From: Acidobacteriota bacterium
GTDB taxonomy: Bacteria > Acidobacteriota > Thermoanaerobaculia > UBA5066 > Gp7-AA6
Assembly: GCA_039931865.1 (NCBI GenBank)
Contig: JBDTRB010000001.1
Coordinates: forward strand, 200-64,199
Direction of reading: 5' to 3'
Length of the DNA stretch: 64,000 bases
In this document: piece after piece, positions 38,174-47,906 of the stretch
Position numbering within the stretch: position 1 is the first letter of the stretch
Layout of the letters: every line of letters begins with the position of its first letter
Made by a program: the position numbers and the translations under genes
Notes under the pieces: model-generated
Databases searched by the model: none
Told to the model about the DNA's origin: nothing
What the model saw: the letters and a program-made list of their open reading frames with translations, nothing else

Positions 38174-38436
38174 TGATCGGGCGGGGTGAGGCGGGCTCCG
38201 GCCCGCGCGCGGCCCGAACGGCGCCCGCCAGGTGGGGAGGCCGCCGGGCCGCCGGGCCGCGCAACGTGGTGGGCGCCCATTTGTCTCGGCACTTCCGGAC
38301 ACTCGACGCTGAACGCTGAAACCCTCAACCGGGCGGGGTGTACGTTCCGTCATCCGAATGCCCTCCGCCGCCCGCACCGCGAATAGAGCCCCCTCTCCGG
38401 CTAACCATCGGCCGCAAGCCCCGTCTAACTGATCGG

Positions 38437-38997
38437 ATGGAAGGGATCGACCGAGCGGCCGTCCTGCGGGCGAAGGCCGGCGACCGGGAGGCCTTCCGGG
38501 AGATCGTCGAATCGCACAGCCGGCACGTTTTCGGGCTGGCGTTTCGGATGATGGGCAACGAAGAAGACGCGGAGGACGTGGTGCAGGAGACATTCCTGAA
38601 GGCATACCGGGGGCTGGCGCGGTTCGAGGGAAGCTCCGAGGTTTCGACCTGGCTCCATCGGATAGCCGCCAACTGCGCGGTCGACGTCCTCCGCCGCCGC
38701 AAGGGCGGGCTCTCCGAATCCGCGGGCTCCGACGACACGGATCTGCTGCCGGACGCCCGATCTGGCCCGGAAGCCGCGGCACTGGGATCGGAGATCGACC
38801 GGCGCCTCCAGGCCTCGCTCGGCCGGCTGTCCGCGATGGAGCGCGCCGCGTTCACGCTGCGGCATTTCGAGGGGCGGTCGATCGGGGAGATCGCCGGCGT
38901 TCTCGGCGTTCGCGCCGGGGCCGCGAAGAACTGCGTGTTCCGCGCGGTCGCGAAGCTGCGAGAAGACCTGGGCCCCGTTCGGACAGCCGCGCGATGA
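38437..38997 (+). CDS. ECF-type RNA polymerase sigma factor (sigma-70 family, regions 2 and 4)
   Basis: 186 aa from MEGIDRAAVLRAKAGDREAFREIVESHSRHVFGLAFRMMGNEEDAEDVVQETFLKAYRGL... ...RSIGEIAGVLGVRAGAAKNCVFRAVAKLRE. Confidence 0.85.
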   Translation: MEGIDRAAVLRAKAGDREAFREIVESHSRHVFGLAFRMMGNEEDAEDVVQETFLKAYRGLARFEGSSEVSTWLHRIAANCAVDVLRRRKGGLSESAGSDDTDLLPDARSGPEAAALGSEIDRRLQASLGRLSAMERAAFTLRHFEGRSIGEIAGVLGVRAGAAKNCVFRAVAKLREDLGPVRTAAR

Positions 38998-39779
38998 AGC
39001 ACTCGACGGACCAGGATCTGCTGACCTTCCACTGGGACGCGGACCGCACCACGGGCGCGCACGTCGCCGGCTGCGCCTCGTGCGCCGCGCGGCTTTCGGA
39101 ACTCCGCGCGGTGCTGCGCGCCGCCGAGGAAGCTGCTGTCCCCGAGCGCGGGGAAGGGTACGGCCGGGACGTCTGGGCGCGCTTGGCGCCCTCGCTCCCC
39201 GACACCGCTCCCCGCGCGCGACTGTGGGACTTCGGGTTCCGGCGCCTCGCGGCGGCCCCCGCGGTGGCAGCGCTCGTTCTCGTGCTCGTGCTTGTGCTCG
39301 TGGCCGCCGGGTTCCTGGCAGGGCGGCTCGGCACGCCGCGCCCGACCGCGGCGGCGGAGCTGGCCGAGCTGGCCGAGCTGCGGCAACGGGTTCTCTTCGC
39401 CGAGCTCTCGGAGCATCTGGCGCGATCGGAAGCAGTGCTCCTGGAGCTCGCGAACGCGCCGCCGGGAGCCGTGGACGTCTCCGCGGAGCAGGCGCGACTG
39501 ACCGAGCTCCTGCCGGCAAACCGCCTCTACCGCCAGGCCTCGCGCCGGGCAGGCCAGCCCGCGATCACGGGGGTCTTGGACGAGCTCGAGCGTGTTCTTC
39601 TCGACGTCGAGCACGGGCCTTCTCAGCTGACCGGGGCAGAGCGCGACGCGCTCGCCCGACGCATCGAAAACGACGGGGTGCTCTTCCGCCTCCGCGTCCT
39701 CTCGTCGCGCATTCGCGCGGGCGGAAAGACGCCGCCCTCCCCCGCATCCGATTCCCTCCCCGAAAGGAAACGCGCATGA
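38994..39779 (+). CDS. Anti-sigma factor (zinc-binding HxxxCxxC, single TM)
   Basis: 261 aa, ATGA overlap with the sigma stop. N-terminal H-x3-C-x2-C (HVAGCASCAARL) anti-sigma motif; one TM helix (AAPAVAALVLVLVLVLVAAGFLA). Confidence 0.7.
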   Translation: MKHSTDQDLLTFHWDADRTTGAHVAGCASCAARLSELRAVLRAAEEAAVPERGEGYGRDVWARLAPSLPDTAPRARLWDFGFRRLAAAPAVAALVLVLVLVLVAAGFLAGRLGTPRPTAAAELAELAELRQRVLFAELSEHLARSEAVLLELANAPPGAVDVSAEQARLTELLPANRLYRQASRRAGQPAITGVLDELERVLLDVEHGPSQLTGAERDALARRIENDGVLFRLRVLSSRIRAGGKTPPSPASDSLPERKRA

Positions 39780-41014
39780 ATCCACGGCTCGTTGCTCTTC
39801 TGTTTCTGGTTTCGGCGTGCGCCGCCCCCCTGGCCCCCGCGCTTTCACTCGACGCTCTGTTCGCAATCGACGCCCGCGAACCGGAAGAACGCACGGCGCG
39901 CGTATCCGAGAGTTACGACCGGGGGACTCGCGCGTTGGACGACGGAGACTGGGAAGAGGCGATCAAGGCGTTTCGAGAGGTCGCCGAGATGCACGGCGCC
40001 CGCGCGGACGGCGCGACGTACTGGATCGCCTACGGGCTGAACAAGCAGGGGCGCCCGGATGCGGCGCTGGAGATTCTGCGCGGCTTTGCGTCGGCATACC
40101 CGAAGAGCTCGTGGCGCAAGGAAGCGCGAGCCCTGGAGCTCGAAATACAGCCCGGCTCCGGCCGTGCCGTGCTGCGCGAGGGCGGCGACGACGAGGACCT
40201 GAAGCTGATGGCGATCAACAGTCTCATGAATACGGATCCGCAGCGCGCGCTCCCCCTTCTCGAAAAAGTACTGAACGGGCCCGCCTCTCCGAAGCTGAAG
40301 GAGCGGGCGCTCTTCGTCCTCGCGCAGAGCTCCTCAGCCCGCGGGCGGGAGATCCTGGCCGCGACCGCGCGCGGGAAGTCCGGGCCGGATCTGCAGGAAA
40401 AGGCGATCCACTATCTCGGAGTCTTCGGAGGGAAGGACAACGCGCAGCTGCTGTCCGAAATCTACGACTCCGCCACCTCGAACGAGGTCAAGGAGCGGGT
40501 CCTGCACGCCTTCATGGTTTCAGGGAACAAGGAGCGCGTCCTCGGCGCGGCGCGCAACGAGAAGAGCCCCGACCTGCGGGGCGCGGCCGTCCACCAGCTC
40601 GGCGTGATGGGCGCGCGCTCGGAGCTCTGGCAGATGTACCGCAGCGAGCAGGCGGAGAGCGTCAAGGACTCGATCCTTCACGCGATGTTCATCGCCGGGG
40701 ACGTCGACCATGTTCTGGAGCTCGCCCGGACGGAGAGCGCGCCCGCGCTCCGGCGCGCCGCGATTCATCGCCTGGCGCTGATGGACCACGCGCATGCCGG
40801 GCCCGCCCTGCTGTCGATCTATCGTGGAGACCGGGACGCCGACGTCCGCAAGGCCGTCCTCCAGGGACTTTTTCTGCAGAACGACGCGCACGCGCTGGTC
40901 GAGATCGCGCGCTCGGAAAAAGACCCGCGGCTGAAGAGCGAAGCCGTGTCGAAGCTGTCGCTGATGCGCAACAAGGAAGCCACCGACTACATGCTCGAAA
41001 TCCTGAATCGCTGA
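39776..41014 (+). CDS. Secreted HEAT-repeat (PBS-lyase-like) protein
   Basis: 412 aa from MNPRLVALLFLVSACAAPLAPA (signal/lipobox), ATGA overlap with the anti-sigma stop. Repeated ...A(L/I)xxLGxxGxxxAxxxLxxxxxDxxxxVRxxA... units (e.g. DLRGAAVHQLGVMG, APALRRAAIHRLALMD, DADVRKAVLQGLF). Confidence 0.7.
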   Translation: MNPRLVALLFLVSACAAPLAPALSLDALFAIDAREPEERTARVSESYDRGTRALDDGDWEEAIKAFREVAEMHGARADGATYWIAYGLNKQGRPDAALEILRGFASAYPKSSWRKEARALELEIQPGSGRAVLREGGDDEDLKLMAINSLMNTDPQRALPLLEKVLNGPASPKLKERALFVLAQSSSARGREILAATARGKSGPDLQEKAIHYLGVFGGKDNAQLLSEIYDSATSNEVKERVLHAFMVSGNKERVLGAARNEKSPDLRGAAVHQLGVMGARSELWQMYRSEQAESVKDSILHAMFIAGDVDHVLELARTESAPALRRAAIHRLALMDHAHAGPALLSIYRGDRDADVRKAVLQGLFLQNDAHALVEIARSEKDPRLKSEAVSKLSLMRNKEATDYMLEILNR

Positions 41015-41037
41015 CCGAAATGAAAAGGGAGGACACG

Positions 41038-42009
41038 ATGCTCCGAGGAACCGCCATCGCGCTGATCGCGCTCGCCGCCGCCGCAACGGCCGCTACGGCC
41101 GCCACGGCCGCCGCCGGCACAGGGCACTGGTCTCAGCAGGGGTACAACATGAACGTCTCGACGGCGAACGACGAGGTCCGTTCGTGCAGCGACATCACGG
41201 TGCGCTGGAACGACCGCGATGCGGCGCGCGCGGAGGAGCGGTTCACCGCGCCCGCCGGGCGCGACGGCCTGACGACCTCGCTTCCGCGAAACGCCGGGGC
41301 GTGGTTCCGAAGCGCGGCGCGGAACGACTGGAGCGTCCTCGCCTGCAAGGCCGCGCGGTCGCCGGACCTCCTCCCACAGATCTCGGCAAGTGTCGGCCGG
41401 AGCGGAGAGCTCCAGGCGCAGGGGCCCGCCGGTGACGACTGGACCGTGTTCTTCGTCGTCGAGGGGCCCGCGTCGGGCAGTCTGAAGGCGGACTCGGCGA
41501 ATGGACCGCTCCACTTCCAGGGATTCTCCGGAAAGATCACCGCGAGTGTTCAGAACGGACCCGTCTCCTTCCGGGACTGCTCCGCGTCGATTGAGGCGCG
41601 CGCGCAAAACGGACCGATCTCCCTGGTCGGGACGACCGGGGACGTGGATGCGCGGGCCGACAACGGTCCGATTTCCGTGTCCGGCGATTCCGGCAACCTC
41701 CGCCTGAAGACGTCGAACGGACCGATTTCCGTCCGCCTTTCGGGCTCTTCCTGGAGGGACGGCAAGCTCGAAGGTCACGCGGTCAACGGCCCTGTGACGC
41801 TGCACATCCCGGACGGCTACCGCTCGGCGACGCTCGTCGAGAGCAATGGACATTCCCCTCTCCACTGCCGCGCCTCGGCGTGCGACTCCGCGCGGAAATC
41901 CTGGGACGACGATTCCCGGCGGATCGAGTTCGGTTCGGGAACCCCCGTCGTGACGCTCTCAACCGTCAACGGCCCCGTCTCGATCGACTCGCAGATGAGG
42001 GCCGACTGA
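41038..42009 (+). CDS. DUF4097-family putative adhesin / beta-helix repeat protein
   Basis: 323 aa from MLRGTAIALIALAAAA (signal) with a strong RBS AAGGGAGG 6 nt upstream. C-terminal half has 6 or more repeats of the NGP(I/V)S unit (ANGPLHF, QNGPVSF, QNGPISL, DNGPISV, SNGPISV, VNGPVTL, VNGPVSI), typical of DUF4097. Confidence 0.7.
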   Translation: MLRGTAIALIALAAAATAATAATAAAGTGHWSQQGYNMNVSTANDEVRSCSDITVRWNDRDAARAEERFTAPAGRDGLTTSLPRNAGAWFRSAARNDWSVLACKAARSPDLLPQISASVGRSGELQAQGPAGDDWTVFFVVEGPASGSLKADSANGPLHFQGFSGKITASVQNGPVSFRDCSASIEARAQNGPISLVGTTGDVDARADNGPISVSGDSGNLRLKTSNGPISVRLSGSSWRDGKLEGHAVNGPVTLHIPDGYRSATLVESNGHSPLHCRASACDSARKSWDDDSRRIEFGSGTPVVTLSTVNGPVSIDSQMRAD

Positions 42010-43116
42010 TGCTCCGCCGACTCGCGGTGGCGATGCTCTGTGCCGGCGCCGCCGTCTCGCTCGCCGCGCAGACGCCACCCGCCGGCCTGATCAACGCGCA
42101 CGCCGAATCGCGGGACGCTTCAATGGGTCTCGACCGGGCGTTTCGCGCGGCCGCCGCTTCCGCTGCCCCGATCTGGGTCGGCTATGCCGTGAGTTCCCCG
42201 GAGGGTCACCGGGTCTGCTGCGGAGGATCGTGGGACGGCGGCGGGTGTTCCGGGCGGTGCTCTCTCGAGGAGGACTCGAGCTCCAGGAGGTTCGAGACAT
42301 CGACGAAGGGCGAGCTCGAGTCCGGCTCCCGCACTCTGATCTTCTACCGGCTCGAAAAGGGCCGCCCGACCCGCGTACGCCTTTTTCCCGACGCCTGCTC
42401 GATCGACGGAGGTGGAAGGCCCGTCGTGTGGTTGACCGGTGTCAAACCTTCCGAGAGCGTGGCGCTTCTCTCGGCCATGGTCGCCGAGGGTTCCCCGGCG
42501 GACGGCCGGGACTCGGACGACGGCGAAGCCCCGCGGCCCGGACGCGAGGCCCTGACGGCGATTGCCCTCCATGCCGACCCGGCGGCCGATGCCGCTCTCG
42601 AGCGGTTCGCGCTTCCTCCGTCCGGGGAGTCCATCCGCAAGAAGGCCATTTTCTGGCTCGGCAATTCGCGGGGCCGCCGAGGATACGACGTGCTGAGAAG
42701 GCTCGCCGTCGAGGAGTCGAGCGGCGACATCCGGAAGCACCTGACGCTTGCGCTCTCGCAGAGCCCGGTTCCGGAAGCTCTCGGGACCCTCTTCCAGATG
42801 GCGAAGCGCGACGCGAGCCCCGCCGTCCGGGGACAGGCGCTCTTCTGGCTCGCGCAGAAGGCGGGCCACCGCGCGGCGGAGGCGATCAACGACGCGATCC
42901 GCGACGACCCCGAAACCGAGGTCAAGAAGAAAGCGGTTTTCGCGCTCACCCGGCTCCCATCCGAAGAATCGACCACGCAGCTGATCCACGTCGCGCGGAC
43001 CAACCGCAACCCGGTGGTGCGAAAGCAGGCCCTGTTCTGGCTGGGGCAATCGAGGGACCCTCGAGCGCTCGGATATATCGAAGAGGTGCTGACGAAGGAG
43101 GCGGGGACCGGACGCG
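42009..43116 (+). CDS. Secreted HEAT-repeat protein 2; 3' end undefined (no in-frame stop before a repeat element)
   Basis: From MLRRLAVAMLCAGAAVSLAAQ (signal); start overlaps the DUF4097 stop (TGATG). HEAT/PBS-like repeats (AIFWLGNSRGRRGYDVL, AVRGQALFWLAQKAGHRAAEAI, VVRKQALFWLGQSRDPRAL). The frame stays open through repeat copy D and on to 44147, which is biologically implausible. Confidence 0.55.
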
Positions 43117-43396
43117 GGAGTCGGGAATCGGGAGCCGAGCGACCCCCGGGAGCGAGACGGCCGCGGTACCCCGCGGTCAACTCGCCCTGCGGGTCTGGAT
43201 CGGGAATCGCGAATCGGGAATCGCTAATCGGAAAGCGAAGGGCAGGACAGCGACGCTCTTCGTTCCCTGATTCGTGGACGGATGGCAAAACGGCGCCTCG
43301 TCGGCGTGGAGTCACGCGGCAAGGCTCCCGGAGTCGTTCGATTCCCCATTCCCGATTCCCGATTCCCGGCTCCCGGCTCCCGATTCCCGGCCCCGG
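43117..43396. repeat. Interspersed repeat element, copy D: heptamers + core + (GGGAATC-like)4 + 107-bp spacer + (GATTCCC)n
   Basis: ggagtcgggaatcgggagccgagcgacccccgggagcgagacggccgcggtaccccgcggtcaactcgcc...ggatcgggaatcgcgaatcgggaatcgctaatcgg...[107 bp]...tcgattccccattcccgattcccgattcccggctcccggctcccgattcccgg. Ends 15 bp before the kdsD start. Confidence 0.7.
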
Positions 43397-43410
43397 TAAT
43401 ATGACCCCCA

Positions 43411-44367
43411 GTGATCCTCGAAGCAGCGCGCCGGGTCCTCCAGATCGAGGCGGACACCGTCCGGGAACAGATCGGCAACCTGGGACCGGCGTTCGAGCGC
43501 GCGGCGGAAGCGATCGGGCGGTCGAACGGACGCCTCTGCGTGACGGGGCTCGGCAAGTCCGGCCTCGTCGGACAGAAGATCGCCGCCACTCTCGCCTCGA
43601 CCGGGACCCCCGCGTATTTCCTGCACGCGGCCGAGGCGAGCCACGGCGATCTCGGCATGCTGGTCGCGGGCGACCTCGTGCTGGCGCTCTCGTACTCCGG
43701 CGAGACTCCGGAGGTGGTGCGGCTCCTCGAGTTCGCGCGCGCTCGGAAGCTGACCACGATCGCGATGACGGGGACGGAGGGGTCTTCGGTGGCTCGATCG
43801 GCGGACATCGCGCTCGCGATCACCGTGTCGCGCGAGGCTTGCCCGTTGAACCTCGCCCCGACTGCCTCGACGACCGCCATGCTCGCCGTCGGGGACGCCC
43901 TCGCGATGGCGCTCTCCGAGATGCGAGGGTTCCGCGAAGAGGATTTCGCCGCGCTCCACCCCGGCGGCGATCTCGGGCGCCGCTTTCTGAAGATCAAGGA
44001 CCTGATGCGGACGGGCGAGCGGGTCCCCCGGGTCACGGAGGGGACGCCGATGGCCGAGGCGATCCACGAGATGTCCCGGAAGATGATGGGCATCACCGCG
44101 GTCGTCGACGCCGGGGATCGCCTCCTCGGCGTGATCTCCGACGGTGACCTGCGCCGCCTCCTCGAAAGAGATGCGGGCCTCCTCTCGCGCACGGCCGGCG
44201 CGTGTCTTCATCCAGGCGCCCGTACGGTGGGCGCGGAGGAGTTCGCGTCCACGGCGCTCGCGACGATGGAGGTTTCCCGCATTACTTCTCTCTTCGTCGT
44301 CGAGGACGGGCGCCTCGCCGGGGCCGTGCACCTGCACGACCTTCTGTCCGCGGGAATCACCGCGTGA
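43411..44367 (+). CDS. kdsD: Arabinose-5-phosphate isomerase (SIS + tandem CBS domains)
   Basis: 318 aa, GTG start, ...GRLCVTGLGKSGLVGQKIAATLASTGTPAYFLHAAEASHGDLGM... C-terminal CBS pair. Confidence 0.9.
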   Translation: MILEAARRVLQIEADTVREQIGNLGPAFERAAEAIGRSNGRLCVTGLGKSGLVGQKIAATLASTGTPAYFLHAAEASHGDLGMLVAGDLVLALSYSGETPEVVRLLEFARARKLTTIAMTGTEGSSVARSADIALAITVSREACPLNLAPTASTTAMLAVGDALAMALSEMRGFREEDFAALHPGGDLGRRFLKIKDLMRTGERVPRVTEGTPMAEAIHEMSRKMMGITAVVDAGDRLLGVISDGDLRRLLERDAGLLSRTAGACLHPGARTVGAEEFASTALATMEVSRITSLFVVEDGRLAGAVHLHDLLSAGITA

Positions 44368-44891
44368 GCGCTCGATCTCGCCGGGCGGGGGCGGGGGCGG
44401 ACGTTCGGATCCGCGCGCTCTTTTTCGACGTGGACGGCGTGCTCACCGACGGCCGCATCTATCTCGCGGACGACGGAAACGACTTCAAGGTCTTCGACAC
44501 GAAGGACGGGCACGGTATCAAGCTGGCCATCGGCGCGGGGATGCGCGTCGCCTGGATCTCCGGCCGCACCTCCCGGGCGACCGCACGCCGGGCTCGGGAG
44601 CTCGGTGTCCGCGACTGCCGCCAGGGCGTCGCACACGATGGGAAGCTCGCCGTTTACGGCGACCTCTGCAGGAAGTTTGGAGTCACGCCGGCGGAGACGG
44701 CGGCGATGGGCGATGACGAGCCCGACATTCCACTGTTGGAAGCGGCGGCGTTCTCCGCCTGCCCCGCCGACGCGGTTCCCGCCGCGCGGAAAGCTGCCGG
44801 CGTGATCCTCAAAAACCGGGGCGGCCGGGGCGCCGTCCGGGAGTTCATCGAGCTCGTGCTGGCGCGCAACGAGCGGCTGGCGAAGACCTGA
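44364..44891 (+). CDS. kdsC: Kdo-8-phosphate phosphatase (HAD family)
   Basis: About 175 aa from GTG overlapping the kdsD stop (GTGA): ...IRALFFDVDGVLTDGRIYL...GHGIKLA...GDDEPDIPLLEAAAFSACPADA... KdsC HAD motifs. The track ORF from 44202 is an in-frame extension inside kdsD. Confidence 0.8.
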   Translation: MSARSRRAGAGADVRIRALFFDVDGVLTDGRIYLADDGNDFKVFDTKDGHGIKLAIGAGMRVAWISGRTSRATARRARELGVRDCRQGVAHDGKLAVYGDLCRKFGVTPAETAAMGDDEPDIPLLEAAAFSACPADAVPAARKAAGVILKNRGGRGAVREFIELVLARNERLAKT

Positions 44892-44916
44892 AACCCGATT
44901 CCCTCCGGAGTCGGGC

Positions 44917-45693
44917 TCAGCTCGACGAAGTATCGCGCCGCTTGAAAATCCACGCCACACCGACTCCCAGGAGATAGAGCGCGATCATCGGAAGGGCGAA
45001 CACGCACTGCGTCGCGATGTCGGGGGTGGGCGTGATGATCGCGGCGATGATGAAGATGACCAGGACGGCGTACTTGAATTTTTTCATCAGCCAGGCGGGC
45101 GTGACGATTCCGATCCGTGCCAGGAAGAAAATGAAGATCGGCGTCTCGAAACAGAGGCCGAGGCCGAAAATGAGCTTCGACGCCGTCGAGAGGTACTCGT
45201 TGATCGTAATGACGGCGTTGAAGTGGCTGCCGACGTTTCCGACTAAGAACCGCACCACCCCGGGGAAGGCGACGTAGTACGCAAAAGCGCACCCGGCCAC
45301 GAAGAACAGGACCCCGAAGATCACGAACGGCCAGATGTATCCGCGCTCGCGGCGGTAGAGCGCGGGCGCGATGAACAGCCACACCTGCCAGAGGATGACG
45401 GGGGACGCCAGGATCACTCCCGCGTACATGGCGACGCGGAAGTACATGAGGAAGGGCTCCGTCATCGTCGTGTAGGAAAGGTTCTGACCGGGGGGAAGGG
45501 TCCGGCGAAGCGGAGCGGCCAGGAAGTCAAAGATCTCCGGAGCCCAGTTCCACGAGACCAGAAACGTCACGAAAACGGCGATGAGGCAGACGATGAGGCG
45601 CTTCCGGAACTCTTCGAGGTGATCGAAGAACCCCATACGGGGAAGCTCTTCCTCCCCCTCGTCGCGGAGCCGGCCCGGCGCGTCTTCGTTCAA
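44917..45693 (-). CDS. tatC: Twin-arginine translocase subunit TatC
   Basis: 258 aa, ...MGFFDHLEEFRKRLIVCLIAVFVTFLVSW... six-TM TatC pattern. True start may be the internal MGFFDHLEE (45636). Confidence 0.85.
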   Translation of the reverse strand: MNEDAPGRLRDEGEEELPRMGFFDHLEEFRKRLIVCLIAVFVTFLVSWNWAPEIFDFLAAPLRRTLPPGQNLSYTTMTEPFLMYFRVAMYAGVILASPVILWQVWLFIAPALYRRERGYIWPFVIFGVLFFVAGCAFAYYVAFPGVVRFLVGNVGSHFNAVITINEYLSTASKLIFGLGLCFETPIFIFFLARIGIVTPAWLMKKFKYAVLVIFIIAAIITPTPDIATQCVFALPMIALYLLGVGVAWIFKRRDTSSS

Positions 45694-45760
45694 GCGCGCC
45701 GCGCCGGCCGAAGGAAGTCATGCCCCGGGGAGACCCCCGCGGCGGCCGTCGCGCTCGGGC

Positions 45761-46102
45761 TCAAGCGGGGTGAATCGGACGCGGGTCGGCGGTCGAGGGA
45801 GCGGGATCGCCCAGGGCGACCGAGGCCGGGTCCGCGGGCATGGCGGGAACGGTCTCGGCGGCGGGCGGAGAGATCAGGCTGTTTTGAACGGACGCGACGT
45901 GATCCTTGACGGCGGCGACCTCCGCCTTGCTCTGCTCGATTTCCGTCTCGATCGTTTTCTTCAGCTCGTCGGACGCTTTCTTGAACTCGGCCAGCCCCTT
46001 GCCGAGGGATTTGCCGATCTCCGGCAGCTTCTTGGGACCGAACACGAGGAGGGCCACGACGAAGATCAAAACCAACTCGGGCATACCGATGGAGCCGAAC
46101 AT
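45761..46102 (-). CDS. tatA: Twin-arginine translocase subunit TatA/TatB
   Basis: Start at the internal [43 protein letters not shown] (canonical TatA N-terminus). The track ORF has 12 extra N-terminal residues. Confidence 0.8.
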   Translation of the reverse strand: MFGSIGMPELVLIFVVALLVFGPKKLPEIGKSLGKGLAEFKKASDELKKTIETEIEQSKAEVAAVKDHVASVQNSLISPPAAETVPAMPADPASVALGDPAPSTADPRPIHPA

Positions 46103-46220
46103 GTTTCCCCCTGCGCAGGCGATTCTAACCCCGTGCACGGCGAAGGCCGATTCCCTGCCGATTTCGAAGTCGGCGTGTCAGAATGTGGATTCTCCCAGGC
46201 TCTGGGGGCAGGAGGTTCGA

Positions 46221-47855
46221 GTGAGCCAGCCACGGTCTCGATTACTGGTCTCGATCGCGCTTCTCGCGGCGGCCACCCTTCTCGGTGGGGCGCTCGGGAG
46301 CAAGCTCTTCGCCTCTCCGGAGCGGGAAGTGCCCCCGCTCGATGAGTACGCGGACATCCTGACGACCCTCGGCGAGTGGTCCCCGGAAGCCGTCGCCCCT
46401 GAGAAGTTCGTCTATGCCTCGATCCACGGAATGCTCGCTCGTCTCGACCCGCACACCGCGTTTCTCGAACCCGACGAATACGCGGCGATGCGTGAGAAGC
46501 AGCAGGGCTCGTTCTTCGGTCTCGGCATCCAGATCCAGAAGCGGATGGGCAAGATCACCGTGATCGCCCCGATGGAAGGGACCCCCGCCTACAAAATGGG
46601 GGTCCGCGCCGGAGACGTGATCACTCACATCGAGAGCGAGGAGATCAAGGAAGACGCCTCGACGGACGACGTGGTGAAGAAGCTTCGCGGGCCCAAGGGA
46701 ACCGCCGTCCACATCACGATTCACCGGACCGGCCTGGACGAGCCCCTTCAGATGACGATCACGCGCGCCGAGATCCCCACTCTCTCCGTGCCGTATGCCT
46801 TCATGCTGAATGCGGACACGGGCTACATACTCCTCCGCGATTTCACGCACACTTCCAGTCGCGAGCTGATTGCCGCACTCGGCAAGCTCGAGAAGCTCGG
46901 CATGAAGAGGCTCGTCCTCGACCTCCGCGGAAACCCGGGGGGCGTGCTGGATCAGGCCGTCGACGTTTCAGACGTCTTCCTCCCCAAGGGCTCCAAGATC
47001 GTCTACACCCGCGGTCGGACTCCCTCGTCGGCCCAGGATTTCTACGCCCCCGGGGACGGTCCCCATTTCGACCGGCCGCTCGTCGTGCTGATCAACCGCG
47101 GCTCCGCGTCGGCCTCCGAGATCGTCGCCGGCGCAATCCAGGACCATGACCGCGGGCTCCTGGTAGGCCAGCGAAGCTGGGGCAAGGGCCTGGTGCAGAG
47201 CGTCTATACGCTGCCCTACGGCGCCGGCCTGGCGCTGACGACCGCGCGCTACTACACGCCCTCCGGCCGCTGGATCCAGAGGGATTACAGCGATCTGCTC
47301 GCCTACGTCAATCCCGAGGACCCGGACGCCGTCGCACCCGCGACCGGAGACGCCGTCGCGGAAGCTCCGCGAACGGCCGGTCAGACGTTCTACACCGACG
47401 CGGGCCGCACCGTGTACGCCGCCGGCGGGATCACCCCCGACGTCGCGATCAAGAGCGGGTTTGCCGAATCGAAGCTCCTTTCGCAGTTTCTCGCCCGCAA
47501 CCTTTTCTTCAATTTCGCGGTCGACTACCTCTCGAAGCACCCCGAGGTGAAGCTGAGCTTCGAAGTCACACCGGAGCTGCGCCAGCAATTCTTCAAGTTC
47601 GCGGAAGCCAGCAAGTTCTCGAGCGTCGAAGAGCTCACGCGCCAGTGGGAGGCTGAACCGAAACGTTCCATCGTGGACCTCGCCGTGAAGGTCGAGATGG
47701 TGAACGCGAAGTTCGGGCTCGAGGCCGGCCGCAAGGCGCAGTCCGAGGGTGACACGCAGCTCCAGAAGGGGCTCGCGATGTTCGATGAGGCGGCGAGAAT
47801 TGCCGCGCTCCCGAAGAAGCCGGCACCCGCGCGGGCGGCGAAACAGGGCAGCTAA
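46221..47855 (+). CDS. Carboxyl-terminal processing protease (S41 family, PDZ domain)
   Basis: About 544 aa from GTG (VSQPRSRLLVSIALLAAATLLGG, signal) with a GGAGG RBS. PDZ region (GLGIQIQKR...VIAPMEGTPAYKMGVRAGDVI) and the S41 catalytic region (...LINRGSASASEIVAGA...). The track ORF from 45906 overlaps tatA antisense. Confidence 0.85.
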   Translation: MSQPRSRLLVSIALLAAATLLGGALGSKLFASPEREVPPLDEYADILTTLGEWSPEAVAPEKFVYASIHGMLARLDPHTAFLEPDEYAAMREKQQGSFFGLGIQIQKRMGKITVIAPMEGTPAYKMGVRAGDVITHIESEEIKEDASTDDVVKKLRGPKGTAVHITIHRTGLDEPLQMTITRAEIPTLSVPYAFMLNADTGYILLRDFTHTSSRELIAALGKLEKLGMKRLVLDLRGNPGGVLDQAVDVSDVFLPKGSKIVYTRGRTPSSAQDFYAPGDGPHFDRPLVVLINRGSASASEIVAGAIQDHDRGLLVGQRSWGKGLVQSVYTLPYGAGLALTTARYYTPSGRWIQRDYSDLLAYVNPEDPDAVAPATGDAVAEAPRTAGQTFYTDAGRTVYAAGGITPDVAIKSGFAESKLLSQFLARNLFFNFAVDYLSKHPEVKLSFEVTPELRQQFFKFAEASKFSSVEELTRQWEAEPKRSIVDLAVKVEMVNAKFGLEAGRKAQSEGDTQLQKGLAMFDEAARIAALPKKPAPARAAKQGS

Positions 47856-47882
47856 ACGTCGCTGCCGCTCGCTGCGGGATCT

Positions 47883-47906
47883 GCCTTCGCCGTGTGCGGC
47901 GAAGGC
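47883..47906 (+). terminator. Perfect 10-bp stem / 4-nt loop hairpin 28 bp after the S41 protease stop (candidate intrinsic terminator, no U-tract)
   Basis: GCCTTCGCCG-TGTG-CGGCGAAGGC. A second perfect hairpin, CCTCTCCCCG-CGAT-CGGGGAGAGG, lies at 48002-48025. Confidence 0.35.
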
